Source: Lobosporangium transversale (lineage: Eukaryota). From it: DNA of 64,000 nt. The stretch is taken from positions 186,001 through 250,000 of the forward strand of contig NW_019028998.1 in the NCBI RefSeq assembly GCF_002105155.1, in the 5' to 3' direction. Every line of letters starts with the position of its first letter. The first letter of the stretch is position 1. The position numbers and the translations under genes were made by a program. The notes below the pieces were generated by a model. The model ran no database searches and was not told the DNA's origin. It saw nothing but the letters and a program-made list of their open reading frames with translations. Positions 41,259 through 52,802 of this stretch are shown piece after piece.

Positions 41259-44200
41259 TTTTTTTTTTTTTGATAACAAGGACCCTCAGGGTCATGGGAT
41301 TTATTTTCTACACTCTATGAACAAAATGCTCCAGAAACTATAGTCAATAAACAGCTATTACTGCACAAACGACAAGAGCCGCTGTATCCATGATTTCATA
41401 AACCCTGACCGCCGTGGTTGGTACTCAAAGTCCACCTTTCCGACGTGGCCTGTTGCGCAACGCGACAAATTATCCGCTATCCATAGTCATCAAAAACTTC
41501 ATTCCACCTAGCCGCTCCATCACGTCCAGTTTGGTTTTCCCAAGGTAACTGTCCCGGACTCGGTCATCCGCGATCTTGTAGATCTCTTTTACATTCAGCT
41601 TCTGTCTTTGTCTGAGGGAAGGGACAAGGAAATCATTGCTACTACGTCTGTGCTCCCCAACACAGTTGCGTCCTCTAGCGCGTTTGCTCGTAGCAGTGAT
41701 TCCACGAGCCTTTTCCCATTCAACGGTGACTTTACACCGTTTGTTCCAGATTTCTGTATGACCGAATTCCTCTATGGCCTTGACGAAGCGCCCTGCCATA
41801 TATGTAGCTATCCTTGTTGTTGTCTTGAAGCCAACTTTCCAACTCTGAGCAATGGACTTGGGCGTAAGTCCATGGTAAATGTCCTGCACAGACCAATCTG
41901 GTGTGTGCTCTCTCTCTTCCTCATCATCGCCGTTCCTATCACCATGGCGTCGTACTTCTCGCACACCATCGATATGCATCTCCAGAGTTTTCCAAATGTA
42001 GTCCTCCTCTGCCGCAGTAAAAGTTGGCTCTTTTGTCCTTGGTGGGTCTACACCTCTCTCTCTGGCCCTTTGTGCTTGCTCCTGCACTGCTTTCAACTCT
42101 TTCCTCCATGTCCTCTCCCCTATCACATTCACATTTTGGATTATCTCCTTCCACTTCTCGGCCTGAGTCTCCATCGTCCTTGGACATCTCCAGATGTGCG
42201 ATGTGTCTTCATCCTCTGTCCCACACACTCTGCAGTTGCCATCTTCATAAAGGTCCGGCCTCCAGTGTCTCATATATGACTGTGTAGGCAACATTCCATG
42301 GAGTTTCTTGATTCTGTGCGCTCGCTTTTGGCAGTCCGCTGGGCTGGTGAAGAGTCCTTTCGGTAGGTTGCTATCATGAACAATGTTCATAGTAGCTCGC
42401 CAATCAATTTTTGTCCAATCCTTAACATGCTCCTGCGTCCTGTTCTGGGCGATCCAAGTGTGATGTGTACGAGTTGTTGACTGTAACTTAAGGATCTGCC
42501 TTAAGTCATCTTCCGCTGGTACACCGTTGAACTTTGCATGGCAGTACATGTCATTATGCTCCGTTATGTTGATATCCCATAGCTCGCCATAATGTCCATG
42601 TTTGCTGCTTCGTCCGCTTCTTCGTTCCCTCTATTGCCGGCATGTCCTTTGACCCACTCGACCGTGACTTCCGATCCTTGTTGAATAAATGCGTTGTGTA
42701 TAGCTGCCCACCATACTGCATACGGTGATCTAATACGTTGTCGCAACGTGCTATCCACTCTGCCTCGGACCAATGCTCGGAATTGAGTCACAACTGCGCT
42801 GTTATCAAGTCGGATTGTCATAGGTCTGTTTCGTGGGCTGATAAGTATTCCTGCCAACAAACCAGCTAGCTCTGCCTTTGTCGAGGATGCGTTGCCTGCT
42901 ACTCTACCAGATAGCGCAGTGTAAAACTCACCCTCTTGTGTCTGGACTACCACACCAAATGCCAACTTACTCTTTCAGTGCCAATATCTTTGAGAGATCC
43001 ATCCGTATAAATGACATTACCCGGCTGGGTATTGTACCGTTCCCTTTGGCGTTGGATTTTCTCCTCGGTATTGGCACTAATGATAACTCCATTTGTGTCC
43101 CTGGCTAGGCCTCTGTTGACTTCAGGGATCACTTTTAGGCACGGTGTCTCGTTGGAATCCAGGTCGACTTTTGCTCTCCTTAGCAGAGCTTGCTCGCTCA
43201 GACCCTCATATCTCCTTGTGTTCTGGGTCCGGCGTCTCCTCGCTTCTTCGCGGGCTCGCATGCGTTCACTATGCCTTCGCTCTCGGTCCTGGTGGCGTTC
43301 TGCTCTTCTGACTATGGCATCTAACTTTGCTCTTTGTCGCCTAAGATTATGTTCTCTGGTTGCTCTGCGCGCCTCTTTCATAACAGCTCCTCGTCTCTTT
43401 TTCCGCTCCTTCTGTTGATCTAGAATCCACTTAATTCCAATTGGTGGCTCAACAGCTTGATTAGCCGGTGATACTGTCAAAGTTCTGTTCGCTGCCTCAT
43501 CTTTTATGAATTGGTTGAGTGCACGAATCGCTTCTCGATCTTCGTCTTCTGTATCCCCGTCTACCGAGCTGACATAACTACTGTCGCTGTTGCTGTCATC
43601 ATCACTGACGTCTAAGAGTGCCAGTTTCCTCCTGTTCCATTCTCTTGCATGCCTACCCACATAATCGTTGTCGAAGCAAAAGTTTTGAAGTTGGTTGAAC
43701 CAGAATGGCGAAACTTTAGGCCCTCCGTAACGGGTCCTGAATGCGTGCCATGAGATCATGTCCTCCTTATCATCCGTAAGTATTTGATCCACAAAGTATA
43801 CCATACGCTTGGTGAGCGCCTTCCATACGTGTGGTAATTCTCCGTTTAGCCATTTCCATGTCGAGAGAGCGTTGTGTGGGAGACCAAATTCGGCTGCGAT
43901 CGATAGGTCGAAAGTAATGTTACGATTCTTCATTTCTTCACAAACATTCGATATAAAGTTGTGGCGATACTTTTTGACACGATGTGGCTCCAAAGTTGGC
44001 GAGACTTCCATCTTATTCCTGTGCTGCAGCATCAGTACTCGTGTCCGACATATCCGTCCCATTACATTGCTGTCATTAAGTCGAAGCGCCAGGGTAGATA
44101 TTTGTTCTTCCGCTTGAGCGTTCGCCAAGTCTTTGATGGCATACAATCTATTGTGGTTCATAGTGCTGTTTGGCGTAGTTGATGGCATACGTGCTTTCCG

Positions 44201-45472
44201 CTTACACAGTGACATATACTTACCAGTCATCTTCTGTAGGAACGTTGGTGGCAACATTTGGGCCGAAATCCTATACAGCACCTTTGGGATGAGCACATTA
44301 TTGACAATATACGTTGTCTGCCGATCTGTCAGGGCTTTGGACCGGAGAATGTTACAGGTCGTTTCTATTTCCTGCTCCACTATTTGCTGTGTTGCTGTTG
44401 GATTTCCTGTTGCTGTGACCCAAACACCAAGAATCCGTACCGATTCATTCTTTTCCACTGGTCGGATCTCTTCTGTAGGTGTCCCAAATTTCAGCGTGCT
44501 CCTCCTATCCTGCTTGCTGTTGATACAGATGACCTGCGTTTCCTTGGCGTTCACTTCCACCCCGTTAAGAATGAAGAATGTCGTTGCAATGTCAAGTATC
44601 TCCTGCATATGTGCTTTGGAGTCCGATATCCATGTAGTATCATCCACGAAAGCAAGGCCAGTAACTGATGGTGTCCCTCTTGGTCCCTCTAGACTATATC
44701 CAGTGCTACTGTCTATAATTTCACACAGGAGTGCATCATATGCTACTCTCCATAAAAGCGGACATTCCACTCCACCTTGATCCAAACCGCACTCTGGATG
44801 ATACTCGTCAGTTGGTCCGTATTCAGTAATCACCCTGTTCACTTTGGAAATGGCGATGTTTTCACATAGGCGTATGAACTGTTCAGGGACCTGGAGCCGT
44901 CTTAGTCCGCGAGAAAGCATCCCATCGGGGGCGCAGTTGACAGAGTCGAAACACCGTTTCATGTCTTGGAGCACAATCCACTGTTCTTTCTTGAACTCTC
45001 TTGCGTCTTCCATTGCCGCTTGCAGGATATGGATTGGATCCTTAGTGGTAGTACCTTTAAGAACAGAGAAGTTTGGTCCTCGTAGAATATCGTGCCTGGC
45101 CATGATCGCGCTTAACCTATTTGTTATTACTGCAAACATTATTTTCCGTGCGTGCTCCAACAAAGCTATCGGCCTTACCTCTGCCATGTTTCCTGACCAT
45201 TCTGGAGCTTTTGGTATGCAATAGAGGAGCCCCGTCTTCCAATCCTTGGGGACGTCTTCTTGCACGATAGTGGCACTTATGATTTGGAAGAGGATAAAGA
45301 GCCCCTGCGGTCCTTGGTGTTGGATCATTTCGTTCGTAATGCCTGACACACCAGCTGCCTTGTTTTTGGGTGCATCCAGGACCACAGCTGAAAACTCATT
45401 TCTGCTTGAGTCACAACTATCTATGAACAAAGGGCTTGCCCATCCTGACCCGAGCGGAGCAGTTGAGTATAT
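41259..45472 (-). mobile_element. 5'-truncated non-LTR retrotransposon: RT + RNase H + CCHC zinc finger, poly(A) tail (proximal copy C)
   Basis: T13 tail 41259-41271 with AATAAA ~30 nt inside. RT motifs PKNKAAGVSGI, RPIALLE, QDMKRCFDSV, GLDQGGVECPLLW, AFVDD, RILGV. RNase H YTDGS, SSTKAEL, LDN, WVKGHAGNRGNEEAD. CRVC..EDTSHIWRC. No endonuclease or ORF1 present. Frame open to ~45472, so the 5' junction is approximate. Confidence 0.95.
41470..45472 (-). pseudogene. Retrotransposon ORF2, split in three by two 1-nt frameshifts
   Basis: ORFs 42947-45430, 42564-42965 and 41470-42549 join into one polyprotein if one base is added near 42963 (ERVS/xAFGVVV) and one near 42601 (EAA/KHGHYGELWDINITEHNDMYC). 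Confidence 0.85.
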
Positions 45473-45518
45473 TCAGAATGTCACGTGAAGCCGCTTGAAC
45501 TATCATAATTATATACCG
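45473..45518 (+). promoter_or_regulatory. Upstream element of tRNA-Ala: TCAGAATGTCACGTG (E-box/CDEI-like) plus TATA-like ATTATATACCG
   Basis: CACGTG at 45482-45487 and TATA-like element at about -39 to -29; same arrangement as at tRNA-Trp. Confidence 0.45.
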
Positions 45519-45546
45519 GGACACTCAGCAGGTTATGAAACCATAC

Positions 45547-45618
45547 GGGGTTGTAGCTCAGTGGTAGAGCGCTCGCTTTGCATGCGAGAGGCCCGGAGTT
45601 CAATCCTCCGCTGCTCCA
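45547..45618 (+). tRNA. tRNA-Ala (TGC), intronless
   Basis: Cloverleaf: acceptor GGGGTTG/CTGCTCC with the G3:U70 Ala identity pair, D arm GCTC/GAGC, anticodon arm CTCGC-TTTGCAT-GCGAG, T arm CGGAG-TTCAATC-CTCCG; T6 terminator 45626-45631. Confidence 0.95.
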
Positions 45619-45648
45619 TCGAACATTTTTTCCTCCTTGTAGGAAGGT

Positions 45649-45730
45649 GGATAAATCTATTTAGCAGCCCATATCAAATATAGTAATTTTTGCCATTATT
45701 TGGCAGCCTATTTTTTGGGCAGCCAAATAA
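45649..45730. mobile_element. Left end of TIR element family 1 (truncated)
   Basis: GGATAAATCTATTTAGCAGCCCATATCAAATATAGTAATTTTTGCC..TATTTGGCAGCCTA aligns with 20656-20717 in the same orientation; no right end seen. Confidence 0.85.
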
Positions 45731-45753
45731 TGTTTTGCAAAACTAATTTGAAA

Positions 45754-47784
45754 GGATGAAGTTATTTGTACGGCCCCCGTGCAAATAAATTTTTGCTTAT
45801 AAAAAAAATTATTTGCACTGCCCCGTACACACTCTATTTACACTGCTCCCCCCGTACAAATAAAAAAAAGTTATTTGCACGGGGGGTCTTTTTTTTATTT
45901 GCACGGGGTCTCTTTTTCATCTACAAGCAGCAACGTGTATCCTACAGACTACATGATTCTGGCTTTATATAAATAAGTGGAGGTGAGTTTAGAGTAGAGA
46001 GGGGTCTGGAATTATTACTGGTGGAAGTTGCAGCGCCGTGGGAGCTGCCAAACAGCTCATTTGTGACATACAAAAATACTACCATTAGACCCATATAGCG
46101 TATACGATGATTTAAATTACCACTCACGTGGGGCAGACAAGAACCCTCTCTTTGTCCTCCTTCTTAGTTGGTGCAATGTTTTAACCTAATTGATATAACT
46201 TATTATGTAATATGGAGCTAAAGTTCAATAAATTTACCCTTTTATTAATGAGGCAATGTGGATAATCACTGAAGTTTTTGGGCAGTACAGGCTGAGGGAA
46301 AACGGCAAGAAATAAGATTGAAGACAGTGCTTCTCTTCATTACCATTTCAAGTGATTGTACAATATGAAGCTGGTCCTTTAGACGCAGTGAGCATCTACA
46401 TGTGCTGCTGAGTATGCAATACTGCGTGCTAAAGACGAACCAAGGTAAGTTGGCTATGATAATAAACTTGGAATGTAATGAGACAAAACTAAGGATTGTT
46501 GCGATTAGCAGTCATTTATATGGGTTTTTACTATAGCTAAGGTTTTTACCCTTTTTATTTAACGAAGATCCCTGGATCATAATAAAGACATCTTTTTTTC
46601 GTTCTCGCTAATTATTATGACCCTGGCATATTTCAATAACAGAAAAGAATATTTATGTCTCTTTTCTATCACTATTAGTCACGGTTATGCTATTAAAGTA
46701 TTTTAGCCACTAAGATATAGAGATATAGGTGATTGTGCACGTTCGGCTTTGAGTGCGAACTGTCACCAACTATCAAAAGACAAGTAATATCGGGTAAGAA
46801 GATAGATATTCCACAAAATAAGCTGAGGTCTACCCATTGCATTTTGATGAATTTGATAAACAGAAAGGGAAAAGAAAGAGAGTAGGTAGTAACACGGCAC
46901 GCTATACATCGTAGAAATGAGTATGATTGTATGATTGTTTGTATATCTACCGAAACAAACTACACGTTAGAGGTTCCTAATAACTGAACTCATCGTTGTG
47001 TGCTTAATAGTGTACGGAAATACCTAAGATATATGCACGCGTTAAATGAAAGAAAGCATCAGGGAACCATCCACAATCTATAACAATGCAACCAACAAAA
47101 GTGCAAAGTAAAGCTGCATAGTATATTTCAATTATAGATAGATCATTTGTAATTCTGTATTTAGTCCCAGAGTCGCATAAAGAATGCCAACATCTACTCT
47201 GAGCTACATACGACCTTGATTAGATAAATATTCTGGTCAGTATTTGATGCTTAGGCAGCGGCTCTAGATCTAAGCCTGTGTCGTGGAAGGCTTCCTGGTT
47301 ATGGTGTTTAGGGCTGAAATAAAGACCCCGTACAAATAAAAAAAAAGACCCCCGTGCAAATAATTTTTTTTTATTTGCACGGGGGGAGCGGTGTAAATAA
47401 GGTGTGTACGGGGCAGTGCAAATAGATTTTTTAAATATTTGTACGGCCCCCATGCAAATAAGAGGTGTACGGGCCCGTGCAAATAAGAGGTGTACGGGCC
47501 CGTGCAAATATCTTTTTTCAATTTGGAAAAGATTGATTGCCTTGTTGCACTCACCATGTAATTACAAATATTAGTGTTTGTCAGAAAGAGTAAAACCCAT
47601 ATGAATAAGTTGCGCTTCGGATAGAGCGACGACAATTGGACTTGAAATGAGTGACTTTGCTTACAGTACCAAGGTATCAACATAAAGAAACACCCCGTTA
47701 TATATATATATATATTTTTTTTTATTTCCATGGGAGGAACAGTGTAAATAAGGTGTGTACGGGGCCGTGCAAATAACTACATCC
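45754..47784. mobile_element. Non-autonomous long-TIR DNA element, family 2 (probably nested copies)
   Basis: Ends GGATGAAGTTATTTGTACGGCCCC (45754) and GGGGCCGTGCAAATAACTACATCC (47784). ~45800-45920 is an inverted copy of ~47316-47435. Repeated GTGCAAATA/TATTTGCAC units, including 25-bp tandem units at ~47452-47510. No TSD and no intact ORF. Confidence 0.8.
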
Positions 47785-48280
47785 AAATATATTGTAAAAA
47801 TATGGTCGCCGTCGCTGCAAAGGAAAAATGGGTCCAAATGAGAACCACCCATTGCCATTTTTATTGTGTTTACTGTCTTCATCCTGATTCGCTGCTGGCA
47901 TTATACATGTCTTCTCTCAATGGCGCGGTTTTATTGATCTTTCATAATAATCAACATGCATTGCAGCGACGACAAAAAAAGGGCGGCTCAGTCTAATCGC
48001 ATTACCAATAGTGAATATTAATAACTAATGCTTCCTTCTTGCATTCTTGAGGAGGAAGAGCTGTCATATATTTCGTCTAAATGGACATTATCAACAACAC
48101 ACGCAGTATACAAAGCAGTTTTCATACAGCGATACAAGATCCTGTTCTGATATCCTATTGCTAATTTATCCTGCGGATCATGTCTATTCATAAAATTGCT
48201 TTCTTATAGCTGGGGCATAAAGAGATCAAAAAACTCGCTGCATGATTATTTAACCAAGGCGTAATATTTTAATGCAATGC

Positions 48281-49556
48281 TTATACGATTCTACGCCCGA
48301 CTCTTCGGTAGGACCGATCATGGTATAACAATGGCTCTTGCTGATCTGGGATCTCGCCATGCAATACCTTTTCTACGTGTCCGATCCACATCTCATGGTC
48401 TCCCACTGCCATCACCTGATGAGTACTACACCGGATCGCCCCTAATGTGTTCAGCAGCACCGGTAAATTCGATTCTGGGTCAATCTTATAACCCAATACC
48501 TCGAAAGGATCAGGGTCTGGCGGTGTACTTGGTGATGTTACAAGTGGTGGCGCTGGAATGCCGTGAAGTGTGCCATTCTTTTTAGCGTTTTGAGAACCAG
48601 TAAAGGCATCAGCCAGAGAAGAATTGCCAATCTCATTGTCGGCTAATATTTGTATGGTTGCCTCCGCAGTCAATTCCTCAATATCCTTGTCATGCGGCAC
48701 CCTTGCTTGAGTTGATCTTGTGAAGGCCTGCGCCCGAGATTCTGATTGTTTGGGAACAATTGATGACGCTGCATCAGTAAGGTTTGACGTAGGAAGGTTT
48801 GTAATGACCTCAGATGGAGGTGGAACTGAGGATGAAAATGCCACTGAGTGAGTTATTTGATCTGAGGCCAGGAATTGAACTATAAATTGGTTTGATTCGT
48901 GCAACATTGTCGAGGCCCTTGAAGGAAGCTTCACACAAAATGCGATCAGGGGAATTGGCTGCAGTGAAATGGACGAAAAAGATGACACGGTAATCCCACG
49001 GCGAACTGATGGGTCGTTTGGCGCAGCAGTACTTACAACAGCAACTATAAGGTCCATTGAAAAAGATGGTAAGAGAGTATGAGTCAGTTGTTGCAGGGTT
49101 GTCCAGGCTGGCCTGTTCCATTCAACAGTCAATGATATAGCTCTTCACACTTACCTGGAAATGGGACTTTTCTTAGTACTCTGCGAAGCTTTTCTGATGT
49201 GCTCGTCTTATCGTTGGATGTACCTAAACGGAATATAGCTACATACTATTAGCACGACGTCATGCTCCTTTAGTGTAAAAACACTCAGTCGCAACATGAC
49301 GAGTACCTTTTTTGGCAATATTCGACGATAATGCATCTGATGAAGTTCCTTCCCTATCCTTGGTATATGATCGATATGATCCACGCAGCATGTGGAGTTT
49401 CCCTTGGATCGTATAATTGAGATCGATAAAGGATCGTCTTTTATGACTGACCAACTCTGCAGCTGATGCATTCCATGGAGGCATATACTGTAATCTGCTG
49501 GTAATGAGGCGACTATAGATTGCATCCATCTGCATCCTTATGCATGAGAAGTACAT
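48281..49556 (-). CDS. Flavin reductase-like domain protein, multi-exon
   Basis: LRRVLRKVPFP-VAVVST, RGITVSSFSSISLQP, VGDHEMWIGHV, EPLLYHDRSYR flavin-reductase motifs. 5' end uncertain. Confidence 0.8.
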
Positions 49557-49739
49557 GTCGGTATGTTACTATCTCTTTCCTGCTGGCGAATAAGGAAGAG
49601 AATGCGCACTGTCAATGTCATAAAGGTCTTCAATGTGGCTTATAAAATGATTTATTTAAATTTAATAATATATATTTATATACAAATGGTACACAACAAC
49701 AGAGTTTATGCTTGATCCTTGCTGCTTCGACTGGATCTC

Positions 49740-52700
49740 CTACTGCGGTGCAGGCTCAGGTGACAAATGGAAAGAATGTTCTCTATCGAACCCCTTTGGA
49801 CGACTACTACCCGTACTCACGTCTCTGGCGTGTTGCATGCGGTGAGAAGCATGGAAGATAGACGAGGCGGCACGCGATAGAACGGGATGGCTCGGTCGTT
49901 TGCCTGATTGGACTACTAACAGACAGCATGAAACCTCTGACGACAGGAACTGTTGTGCTGTAATACCTAAGATGTTGGACACTGCCATTGTCGAGTGATG
50001 GATATCTCGGGATGAAGGCTGGGTCCGAAGAGGATGTCGATGTCGAAGGTTACTATTGTCGCCAGGTAGGTTGTCAATAGGATGCGTTGAAGCGGCTTGT
50101 GAAGAAGTCTGTTGGAACCCATTGTATGCTTCTGGTGAGTATATGGAAGCAGTAGTACTGCGGTGTCCGGCATTGTGAATTGATCCTCGACCCAAGACTA
50201 GCAGATCCCTTGGTCCAAGAGTAGCCTTTGAAAGGCTAATGGCATCCTGGATCGTGGATACCTGGTGGACAAAGACGTTCTCACGAACCTCGATTTCGGC
50301 ACCAGGGCTGTCAGAACTAAATCTCTTACTCAATCGCTTTTCAATATGGATATAAGAGCGATGTCCGAAGTATTCTTGGGCTAGAACATTATTGTCGTCA
50401 GGTAGCTCTGCTCGTTGGTCCTCACCCTGGTCAGAATGGATTGACTGGCCATCGATATCTATTTGAATATCTCCTGTAGCTTCCTTTTGCTTTTGTACCG
50501 CCTCGATGCGCACAATGACGACTTTACATGACTTATTATGACTCAAAACTGATGCAAGTTTCAGAGCTTCTTCATCGTCCTGGGATCCGTAAAGCGGCAC
50601 CATGATTGTCAAAAAGCTTCCAGATCCTCCAAACTCCCTTTCGACAAAAATAGCTATGGCTATTCCAGTGTTTGATGTTGTATTCATGAGCCGAGTGACT
50701 ACTCGTGTGTTAGAAGGAATGAGGGGCTTGGGCAGTATTGTGTTCTGGCTGTCATCCACTGTGCTAGCAGGCGGATCAGGGAGTGAAGTCGAGTTCCAGG
50801 GGAAGATAATAATTCCAGCATCGCTCTCAAGGGCTTCATCATATATACTTTGAGCAAAATCCTCAGGATCAGTAGATAAAGTCATTCGTGGCTTGACCAA
50901 AATACCATTAAGCTTCGCAAATGCTTGGAATACAACCATGAGCGTGTCGCGGCGCAGCACTTCAGCACGCTCGGTAGCGGCCATCAGAACCGACGAGCTA
51001 CGCTCAGTAAGATGCAGAAGGCGAAGAGCGAGAAGAGTCGGACCTACACTTGATGCGTTTGACGCTACAGGATGGCCAGGAAATCCATTGGTGCCTGAAA
51101 TAGGCAGATTTGAGTGATGAGTGGTATGTGAAGGCTTTGGTGAAGCATGATGCAACATGTCGAGAAATGTCATCATGGCTGGAAGGTTCTGAATCTTATC
51201 GAGACACAACATAATACCAGTCTTCGCAGTCTCGGATTTATCTAAAGACTCTGTGCGCTCAGCATCCTTGCTGGCTTTTTCTTTGGCCAATGTGCGCTGG
51301 GCTACTGCGCGCTGATAGTGGACTGGATAAACCCACGAGACACCAGGAGTAGTCATGCAGGTGGTGATCAAACACATCATGACCATGATGACGAAGACTT
51401 TGGCGTTGATGACTCCAGCATCGTAACCAATGTTGAGAACAATTAGTTCGATAAGACCTTTGCAATTCATAAGGACTCCAATAGCGAGGGACTCCCGGAA
51501 CTCCATGCCTTGGAGTTTGGCTGCACCTGTGCATCCAACAATCTTTCCAAAGCAGGCAACAAAGGTTGTCAATATTACCAGTCCCCAAATTCGAGCATTG
51601 TCCAATAGTCCAATCTGTGTCTTGAGTCCTGAGAGAGCAAAATAAATGGGCAGAAAGATAACAGAGACAAGATCCTCGATTCTCTTGGTAACTCCATCTG
51701 CAAAACCTGTGTCATTGGGAATGACCAATCCAACTACAAACGAGCCAAAGATAGCGTGCACACCAATGATATCAGTCATGAAAGCGCTGATCAATACCAC
51801 GACAAGAATGAACGCCATCATGGTCTGACTTGGTTCATCTTGTGACTTTGTAACTCTGATCATGAAGATGATAACAGGGCGAATCAAAAAGACCAAAATA
51901 AGGATCCATGCAATCGATAGAAGGACAACGTAAAGAGGTGTAATTTGACTGGCACTGTTGATGATTGAGACTACGAGGGCCAACAAAATCCATGCAACAA
52001 TATCCCCGACAGCACCGGCGCAAATAGTTAAGAATCCAACCTTAGTTGTCAGCAGCTTCTGCTCAGCGAGGATACGGGCCAGGACTGGGAACGCAGTGAT
52101 GGACATTGCCACACCACAGAAAAGGAGAAACTGACCAAAGCCCACCGTAGTATCAGGCCCAAGCTCTTCATAAAGCACGTAACTGACAGCTGCGCCTACA
52201 CCAAACGGTAAAGCCATACCAGCAAACGATATTCCAAGAGCAAATTTAGCGCGCTTCACGACTTGTGCTGGATCGAGCTCGAGGCCAACAAGGAATAGGA
52301 ATAGCACTAAGCCGATATTGGAGACGAGATTCAGGTAGGACAAACTTGCTGGGTTGAAAATAGTCTCCGTAAAGCCGGGAATACGGTCCATGACGGAGGG
52401 TCCAAGGATGATACCAGCGATGACTTCAGAAATAACACGAGGTTGCTTGAGCCTTCTCAATACAAAATGCAAAAGATAGCATAGCCCGATAATGATGACC
52501 GCCTAGTGAGATTCATAAAAGCTTTGTTATTACCATTAAGGGAAACTACGTCTTCGGCCTATGAAATCAGAAATTCAGACTATTGGTATCGAGCATTACC
52601 TGGATCACAAAGAGAACCAATGGATTTGACGGGTTGACTTCCGTAGGATTGAGGCCAGTGACAATACTCCCTATTGGATGAAATAGCGACAGTCAAATTG

Positions 52701-52802
52701 AACATCGTGAGAGCAATAGTAAATTGTTAGCGAATGGGTACATAATATGAAATACTCTTTTAATACACACTAGGAGGGATACTTGCCAGATGATGACCCC
52801 AT
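49740..52802 (-). CDS. KHA1: K+/H+ antiporter (CPA2 family)
   Basis: QPRVISEVIAGIILGPS, LFLFLVGLE, SITAFPVLARIL, GVHAIFGSF, FLPIYFALSGLKT, MNCKGLIELIVLNIG. Two small 5' exons (MGSSS / GSIVTGLNPTEVNPSNPLVLFVIQ). Confidence 0.92.

Noticed and set aside
41608..45488. Several 100-220 aa plus-strand ORFs over the retrotransposon
   Set aside because: Antisense shadows of ORF2 with no recognisable motifs.
45547..45618. U-U mismatch and G-U pairs in the tRNA-Ala acceptor stem suggesting a pseudogene or SINE head
   Set aside because: G3:U70 is the Ala identity pair; A/B boxes, other stems and terminator are intact.
47436..47510. Regularly spaced 25-bp repeats resembling a CRISPR array
   Set aside because: Direct tandem units without unique spacers, part of TIR family 2 subterminal repeats; eukaryotic context, no cas genes.
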